A stretch of 58,664 bases of DNA, filler included, from Sphacelaria rigidula (taxonomy: Eukaryota): the NCBI GenBank assembly GCA_964200075.2. It is 4 parts of 4 records of this genome, joined end to end, with 100 filler letters (N's around TTAATTAATTAA, not from the genome) between each part and the next. Parts side by side here need not be neighbours in the genome. Positions count along the whole stretch, not along the records: positions 44,076 to 58,664 come from CAXNAA020002159.1; 3 more parts are not named here. One strand, written 5' to 3'. How positions within the stretch are numbered: position 1 is the stretch's first letter; each line of letters begins with the position of its first letter. The notes under the pieces are model-generated. The model made no database searches, was not told where the DNA came from, and worked only from the letters and a program-made list of their open reading frames with translations. This document shows, piece by piece, positions 52,110 through 58,664 of the stretch. The position numbers were made by a program, and so were the translations under genes.

Positions 52110-52246
52110 TGTAATATTTTGAACCCCTCCCCTACCTGGGGACGCGTCCGTGGTCTCAACGGATTATCTCTCCCCGCTACACGCTCCATCTCGAAATGGA
52201 TGCGTGGTCAATTGTCACACGACTAAGGCAAGCAACAAATGAGTAC

Positions 52247-52285
<39 letters not shown>

Positions 52286-53105
52286 CCCGCCCCCCCCCCC
52301 CCCCCTCCCCCCCTCCCCCGCTTCCGCCCCGGGTACAGCCTGGTCCGGCAACAACCCGACTTGCTTCGTCCCGACTTTCTAGGGACGCACGCCGGATGGG
52401 ATTGGCGTCGGTTGGCGATGACGCTGTCAAGCACAATACTCACTGCGTAAGCTAGGGAACCAGGTTACCAATTTAGTCTTGCGCTCTTGCGTTTGAATGC
52501 TGTAAACATGATGGTAGTCGAGGTAGGTCATGTAGTGCAGCGTGGGGAAACCTCAACTCTGCACACAGGGGATAATCGTACTACGTAGTGTTAAAATGGT
52601 GAGACGCCCATGAGGCAGTGTATAAGCCGTGGCTGTCTCTGGAAGGGGCGATACCAAACAATGAAGCAACTCATTGTAGGCTGTCATCGAAATGCAGGAT
52701 ACTAACTAGGCTTCGGGCCGAACAGTCTTAGCAGAGTGCGGCTCACCCTTCATGCGACTAGCCGAACACACCACGGCGCTTAGTACTTCGTGATTGAGTG
52801 CGAGCCTGCTGTGGGAAACACCCGACGTGCTCTGTCCCGGCTTTGTAGGAATGCGAGGTAAATAGTGTCAATGACTCTGGCATGCATGATCATGAGCATA
52901 ACCCCGTGGTAAACGCCTTGCATTTCAGTCTCGCAAACTGGTTAAGCACTCCTGCATCGCGCTATTTCTCGTCAAACAAACGCTTGTCAACTGCTTTTTG
53001 TTCACACACGTACTCGAACATGATAACCAACGGGCCTGGCAGGAATCGAACTCACATACTCTCCACCATAGCGGGAACAGTCAAACCTTTACACCACCGG
53101 GGCGA
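52110..53105 (-). mobile_element. tRNA-SINE family 1 split by insertion of the C-tract-associated element
   Basis: SINE head at 53035-53105 (rc GGTGGTGTAAAGG...GAGTTCGATTCC), body 52910-53030 and tail 52110-52195 (rc GGGGAGAGATAATCCGTTGAG...AGGGGAGGGGTTCAAA), separated by the insert at 52196-52905. Confidence 0.65.
52196..52905 (+). mobile_element. C-tract-associated element: short 3' module + C tract + long copy
   Basis: GATGCGTGGTCAA...GACTAAGGCAAGCAACAAATGAGTACAC, about 70 nt of C tract, then a long copy ending GGCATGCATGATCATGAGCATAACCCC. Confidence 0.8.
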
Positions 53106-53139
53106 GGGGAGGACGGATTGGGTTCCTCACTATATACCC

Positions 53140-53240
53140 GCCCCGCCTCGGTGGTGTAATGGTCGGACTGTCCCCATTAGGGTGGAGAGAACGAGGGTTC
53201 GATNNNNNNNNNNGGTTCGATTCCCGATGCGTTGGGATTT
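53140..53240 (+). mobile_element. tRNA-derived SINE head (family 1)
   Basis: A-box TGGTGTAATGG and B-box GGTTCGATTCC (duplicated across a 10-N gap). Near-identical to the reverse complement of 54325-54395. Confidence 0.7.
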
Positions 53241-54147
53241 TTCTTCCTAGAGTATGATTTCCACCGTGGAGAGCGTGAGAACGTGAGTAAACATACGGGT
53301 GTGACACGCGGTGATTATCTATATCTGTGTAAAATTTGTGAGTGACATACGTGAAATACCTATCTATAGTAGAACATATGTGAACGACATAAGTAAAACA
53401 CCTGTTTCTCTAGACGGAGTGGGCGCGGCACACGTGGAACAACTGTTCACCCCAGAGACGGCATCGTCACACATATACAGGTATTTCTTCTTTCGGCACA
53501 ACTCTTTGGAACGTTTTCAGATTTCCGTGAGTTGAGAGGAACCCTTTCAGACGTATGATTTGACTATCTGTAAGTTCGTATTGATGTTTCTGAACGATAT
53601 GAGGTATGTCTGTGAGTTTCTGTACATGTATGCTTGATATAGACGAGGAGATCCAAGGCATGCCAATATCAGCACACGCTAGGTGGCCCCGTTTTGTCCG
53701 TATAACCGGTCACCCCACTCCCACAACATTTCTTTGTCATTGGACAACTGACCGACTGACATCAGGCTGTGCTTCTTGAATATTGACACGTACACACGTG
53801 CGACAGAAAGCTGAAGATATTTGATCACTGTATATCTACACAGATCGGCATACGTGCGTGCTCTCAGTGACATTGGGTAGATAGATATGTTTCTCTTCAA
53901 GTACACTGACCATGTCCTGCACGCAGGAAACAAATATGTGGCTTCCAACCATCGGATGAACTGCCGTTTTGCACACGGGATACCCCTTTTCGAGCGGAAC
54001 AGAATCAGGACAGATGTGGACGTCCCCAGATACATACCAGTTGAAAACAATGTTTCCCGACGTTTGCAGGTATTCTGCGCTTCCGCAGCAACTTTTCACA
54101 ATCCTGTGTAGTTCTCTGCGAATCTTGTGCATTTTTTTCCCTCACAC

Positions 54148-54400
54148 TTTGAACCCTTCCCCTTCGTCGGGATAGGTCCGGGATCTCAAGGGATTAATTA
54201 ACCCATCTCTCCCACGGTACGCGCCTTTCATTTCGGTTTTGTGGATTGGGTCAGCACTCCCGCACCGCGTCAACTCACGTCACACAAACCCAGTCGACTA
54301 CTTTGTTCACTCACGTTCGAACACCCATCGCATCGGGAATCGAACCCCCGTTCTCTCCACCCTAATTGGGACAGTCGGACCATTACACCACCGGGACGCG
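54148..54400 (-). mobile_element. tRNA-derived SINE (family 1), full length
   Basis: rc GGTGGTGTAATGGTCCGACTGTCCC...GGTTCGATTCCCGATGC, then body and tail homologous to 12925-13060. Confidence 0.8.
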
Positions 54401-55716
54401 GTATCACCCCCCTTTATTTCAGGAAAACGTGGCATGTTTCATGTCAGATATCTGGAGCTAGGGGATATCTTTGATCCGTCGAAAGTATTGAATACTCATG
54501 CGGCATGGACAAGCATGTTCATTTCTCTCGCTTGCTTTGTAAAATATACGGAGCGCACACGTCAAGAGTAAACGCGACCAACGCAATGCCGCCCGCCCGA
54601 TCATCAAAGCTGCAATGCGTCAAGGTGATCGGCACACGTCCTTCGGTCTCGCGCTTGCCGAACATGCATGCGTTGCTCTTGGTGACCACAGCACCGCGTG
54701 GTGATGCATACTGGGTGTGCTCAAAAGTACAGACACTCTGTGCAGTGCCAGTTGTGAACACTAGACGCAACTTAGATGCAGGTTTTATGTGCAAGCGTCT
54801 TACATTTCCCATGATTAAACTGTGATGTTTTCCATCTATTCACGTCTTATATGCGTGTAGAATCTCTTGTGGAGCCTGTCTTACATGCGATCAGAAGTCA
54901 TATTGATCCAGCATTCAGAAGTCATGTTGATCCAGCACAAGAACCAGAAACAAATCAAGTTGCGGGGTGTGAATGCTTTTTTTCCATGACGTCGCGTAGC
55001 TGACAAGGCTTTTGGAAACGGCTCACCGCCGATGCACGGACCGTGTTGCGATAGTGCACCTGGGAGTTGCCGTCTCGACCTGGGGTGCTGTGCAAACTCG
55101 AATACGTTGCCGACGACGTTTTGGACTTTGCTGCTATTTTGTGCAACGAGGAATACCTAGCGGGAAAGTAACGTAGAGAACATGGCCTGAACCACGTATT
55201 GCCTTCGCACGCCGGCGTTCATCTGCTGAACCTTGTCCAGTCGGTATCGATGCATGGACCGTGTCCCCCTAGTATCTTGGCGTTCTCGTGGTATATGGCG
55301 CCATTTGGATGCTTCATTCGCCTTCGATCCTTACTGCAGTAGCGTACAGGATGTCCCGTTCGCTAGAACTCTCGTACAAGTGGTGCTGCAGTTGTTACGG
55401 TCAGCTTACATGTAGCGTCATCTGACTTGAATGCAGGCAGTCTCTTTTTTATCAGAGTATGTACCCCCAACAAAAGTGCCGATCGTTCTGCAAAGCGTTC
55501 CACATCGCTGTCACACATGGCTCACGTCAGCCTTCCCGCCATTTTGGCACTTGTGCTACCGTGAGCAGTTGGTCTTGAGAGAAGCACCACGCGAAGGATC
55601 TGACGGTCGACGTCGCAGGAGAAAGGTGCGTCACCAAGGGCTGCTCCGAGCCGCCATATCACGGTGCACAGGGCTGCACGGCGAAGTTCTGCTCTAAACA
55701 TGCGACGGCGCGAGGG

Positions 55717-57447
55717 GTGAGTGTCAAGAACAAGTGCTTTGACGAGGGCTGCTCCTTCAGGCCGTCTCAAGGAGTAGCTGGAGGCGAGAAGACGGGGTTA
55801 TGCTCTGAGCGCGCTAGGGCGAGGATGGTGAACGTAGTGAACAAGAGGTGCGGCGACGAGGGCTGCTCAAAACGTCCGGCGTTTGGTGTCGTAGGAAGCA
55901 AAAAGGCGGAGTTCTGCTTCGAGCATGCCAGGGCGGGGATGGTGAATGTTGTGAGCAAGAGGTGTGGCTACCGGGGCTGCTCAAAGCATCCGTCTTACGG
56001 TGTAGTGGGAAGCAAGAAGGCGGAATTCTGCTCCAAGCATGCCATAGCGGGGATGGTGAACGTGAAAAGCAAAAAGTGCGGCTACGAGGGCTGCTCAAAG
56101 CAGCCGTCTTATGGTGTGGTAGGAAGCAAGAAGGCGGAGGTCTGCTTTGAGCATGTCAGGGCGGGGATGGTGGACGTGAAAAGCAAGAAGTGCGGCGACG
56201 AGGGCTGCTCGAAACGTCCGTCTTTCGGTGTAGTGGGAAGCAAGAAGGCGGAGTTCTGCTCCAAACATGCCATGGCGGGGATGGTGGATGTCCGAGTTGG
56301 TAAGTGCGGCTACGGGGGCTGCTCAAAGCATCCGTCTTTTGGTGTAGTGGGAAGCAACATGACGGAGGTCTGCTTTGAGCATGTCAGGGCGAGGATGGTG
56401 GGCGTGAAAAACAAGAAGTGCGCCCACGAGGGCTGCTCTACTCAGGCGTGTTATGGTGTAGCCGGAAGCAAGACGGCGAAGTTCTGCTTCGAGCATGCCA
56501 GGGCGGGATTGATGAATGTTGTGAGCAAGAATTGCGGCTACGAGGGCTGCTCCACTCAGGCGTCTCATGGTTTAGTGGGAAACAAGGCGGAGTTTTGCTC
56601 CAAGCATGCCAGGGCGGAAATGGTGGATGTCATGAAGAACTACAGCTACGAGGGATGCTCCAACAGGCGGTCGTACGGTGTTGCGGGCAGCGCAAATGCG
56701 GAGTCTTGCTCTGAGCATGCCAGGGCGGGAATGGTGAATATGTGGAGCAAACTGTGCAGTGAAGTGGGGTGCTCCAAATGGGTTATCCACAAGAAGCACA
56801 ACGTTGATGAGGCGACGTTTTGCCGAGAACACGCTACTGGACGCAACACAGCTGCGGTGTCTGATACCGCGAAGCTCAACACCGGGGAGGGCGCCCCCGG
56901 TCGTGGCCCGACGGAGGACAGTGGAGAAAGCGTTGCTCATGTACGAGGAACGAAACGCAACCGCGCGGCATTCTTGGGTCCTGTTGCAAACGGCTTTGTC
57001 TGTGCTCGCCACAATGCAGATGTCGGTCCCGGACAGGGGGTAAGAATACCGTTGCTCTCGGGATGCAAGCTTTCGAGAACTGGTGGAAAGGTGACTTTTG
57101 GGACAACAGCAGGAGTAGGGATGAAGGTAGAGATGGCAGTTCCTTCTCCTACTCATAGTGGCGATGGGATGAGGGGGTGTCGTAAGTTGGCTGCCTCTTC
57201 AAGCAGTCGGAGAAGCGTGCGTGGTGGTAGTGGCTTAGTCAGCAGTGGTGGTGAAAGTGATGGGCAGACCTGTAGTTCGCTGGCAGTGGTACCTGGACGC
57301 CTGGGCGAAGTTGATGATGCGGCTTTTGGAGTGGCAAAGGAGGACTCGAATGTGAAGTTGGAGCTAGGAGTGTCCAGTGCGAATCCTCCGGCATCCGAAG
57401 CATGTGGATGGCACCCTTTCTCGCACTGGCGCCGTTGCTCAGATTAA
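55717..57447 (+). CDS. EsV-1-7 cysteine-repeat protein (10 repeats of about 38 aa plus Gly/Ser-rich tail), intronless; true start uncertain
   Basis: 576-codon ORF with units such as C-x4-CSKRPSFGVVGSKKAEFCSKHAMAGMVDV (C-x4-C...C-x2-H), the EsV-1-7 motif known from Ectocarpus virus EsV-1 and the brown algal IMMEDIATE UPRIGHT family. First ATG at 55825. The frame stays open upstream to 55579 with an extra repeat. Confidence 0.88.
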   Translation: MSVKNKCFDEGCSFRPSQGVAGGEKTGLCSERARARMVNVVNKRCGDEGCSKRPAFGVVGSKKAEFCFEHARAGMVNVVSKRCGYRGCSKHPSYGVVGSKKAEFCSKHAIAGMVNVKSKKCGYEGCSKQPSYGVVGSKKAEVCFEHVRAGMVDVKSKKCGDEGCSKRPSFGVVGSKKAEFCSKHAMAGMVDVRVGKCGYGGCSKHPSFGVVGSNMTEVCFEHVRARMVGVKNKKCAHEGCSTQACYGVAGSKTAKFCFEHARAGLMNVVSKNCGYEGCSTQASHGLVGNKAEFCSKHARAEMVDVMKNYSYEGCSNRRSYGVAGSANAESCSEHARAGMVNMWSKLCSEVGCSKWVIHKKHNVDEATFCREHATGRNTAAVSDTAKLNTGEGAPGRGPTEDSGESVAHVRGTKRNRAAFLGPVANGFVCARHNADVGPGQGVRIPLLSGCKLSRTGGKVTFGTTAGVGMKVEMAVPSPTHSGDGMRGCRKLAASSSSRRSVRGGSGLVSSGGESDGQTCSSLAVVPGRLGEVDDAAFGVAKEDSNVKLELGVSSANPPASEACGWHPFSHWRRCSD

Positions 57448-58664
57448 CCTAGAAGGGTGTTCGTGAGTGCTCGAGTCTATTGTCAGCCGTTTCGAGCGAA
57501 AATTTGTCGATAATATTGTTTCATCTTCCATTGATGCGAAGCAGTTCGTGAGGCTGAGGGTTGATACTCGAGCGCCACGTTTAATCAGATTCTCGTCGAG
57601 GCGCAGTTTTCATACTTGCGTCGACCGTGTGCTTGATTGACAATTTGCCAAGGGCTGGTCGCAAGTAGTGGGGCCGCAGTATTTGGCCACCTGATGAACC
57701 ATGACACCACTGTTTGACTTGTAATTCGTACTTTTGCCCAACGTTTTCTGACTAGTGCAGTACGTACTGAACGCTTGTCCATCAAACGATAGCATCTGTT
57801 TCCCGAATAAAAACGCGTACGGTAATTTTTCATGTGATGGGCTCCGACGCCAGAGAGTTTCAGATGCCCCAATATGGGTATGCCGGATTGTACATCAGGC
57901 GCGCTGTGGTTTCAGTCGCGTACTACTTTCTGTCTGCAACACGGAATCGTACAAGTTGGGGATGGAATTTTGATTGGCGATGAGAAACCCGGAGAATTGA
58001 TATCTTCGTGTTTACACCAAGTCTTGGAAACATGGATCCATTTCTTGCCTTGCTTGTGACCATTGATAACCACTATACCCAATACAAATGTGAATTTCGA
58101 TCACCGAAATGTTAGGGTCCCGAATGGAAAATCAATCTTGGGGGATTTCGGCGATCTGATCGGATCATCTAAACTCCCCAAAGTTGCTTCTTCACCTAGG
58201 CAACCATCATGTCGATCATCAGGATCCATACTTGCATGGTGTGTTGTAGTTGTCAAAAGCAACCAGTAGGCGAAGGAGGGGAACTATGTTCAGAATGTTC
58301 GGTGCGGATATGAAGATTTTAATTCTTCGGGTTCTCATCCTCAATTCCAATTTCATAAAGTGAAGTTGGTTTTCGCAGCAGGTAGAAATTCGACTAACCG
58401 GTTTTTTGCAACTCCGTTTTTCGTCAGGGTTTCTGCGACTTGATTCCTGCGACTTGATTCTCACGATTTTTTTCTCGGTAGAAGTTTGAAGTCTCAAACA
58501 CCCATAATGTTCGGGTTTTGGCGGATAACTCCGTCGAACAGAAACCAAACGCATCTTGCTCCAAGGGGCACCTGGACACACAGCAGTTAACAGTGGATCC
58601 TAGAAAATGGGGTTCATCTAAAAAATGAGGTTGAAGTGGCATTTCTCTTTTGCAGGAATCAAGT

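Noticed and set aside
53140..53240. Functional tRNA genes (also 1-76, 12770-12845, 34725-34800, 54325-54400)
   Set aside because: A and B boxes are present, but acceptor/D stems do not pair, copies are diverged, and several continue into a shared SINE body.
55717..57447. Integrated phaeovirus (provirus) segment
   Set aside because: No other viral genes nearby; flanks are host SINEs and transposon debris, consistent with a host family member.
57978..58025. SECIS element downstream of the EsV-1-7 ORF
   Set aside because: ATGA-N11-AA and a partial stem are present, but the required 3' GA of the quartet is missing.
58071..58664. CACTA transposon end
   Set aside because: Only a 5-bp CACTA and some short repeats; no partner TIR or TSD in the window.

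Overview
Eukaryotic, intron-rich DNA, most likely from a brown alga (Phaeophyceae; inferred from an EsV-1-7-repeat gene, 1-3 kb GT-AG introns and dense small repeats). The window is not one locus. It is four contigs of strictly decreasing length (14593, 14592, 14590, 14589 bp) joined by identical 100-nt N44-TTAATTAATTAA-N44 linkers, so neighbourhood across the linkers means nothing. Contig 1 holds the 3' eight exons of an eIF4B-like gene (minus strand). Contig 2 holds ten phase-consistent internal exons (542 aa) of an unidentified protein. Contig 3 holds the last six exons of a divergent cytosolic-type malate dehydrogenase. Contig 4 holds a decayed BED-finger hAT transposon and a single-exon EsV-1-7 cysteine-repeat ORF. 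That ORF's frame extends upstream through one TGA that sits exactly at a conserved Cys position. The rest is mobile DNA: several MITEs with clear TIRs/TSDs, tRNA-derived SINEs, and a very abundant unclassified element with an internal direct repeat that ends in C-rich tracts. All calls were made by eye; no database searches were run.
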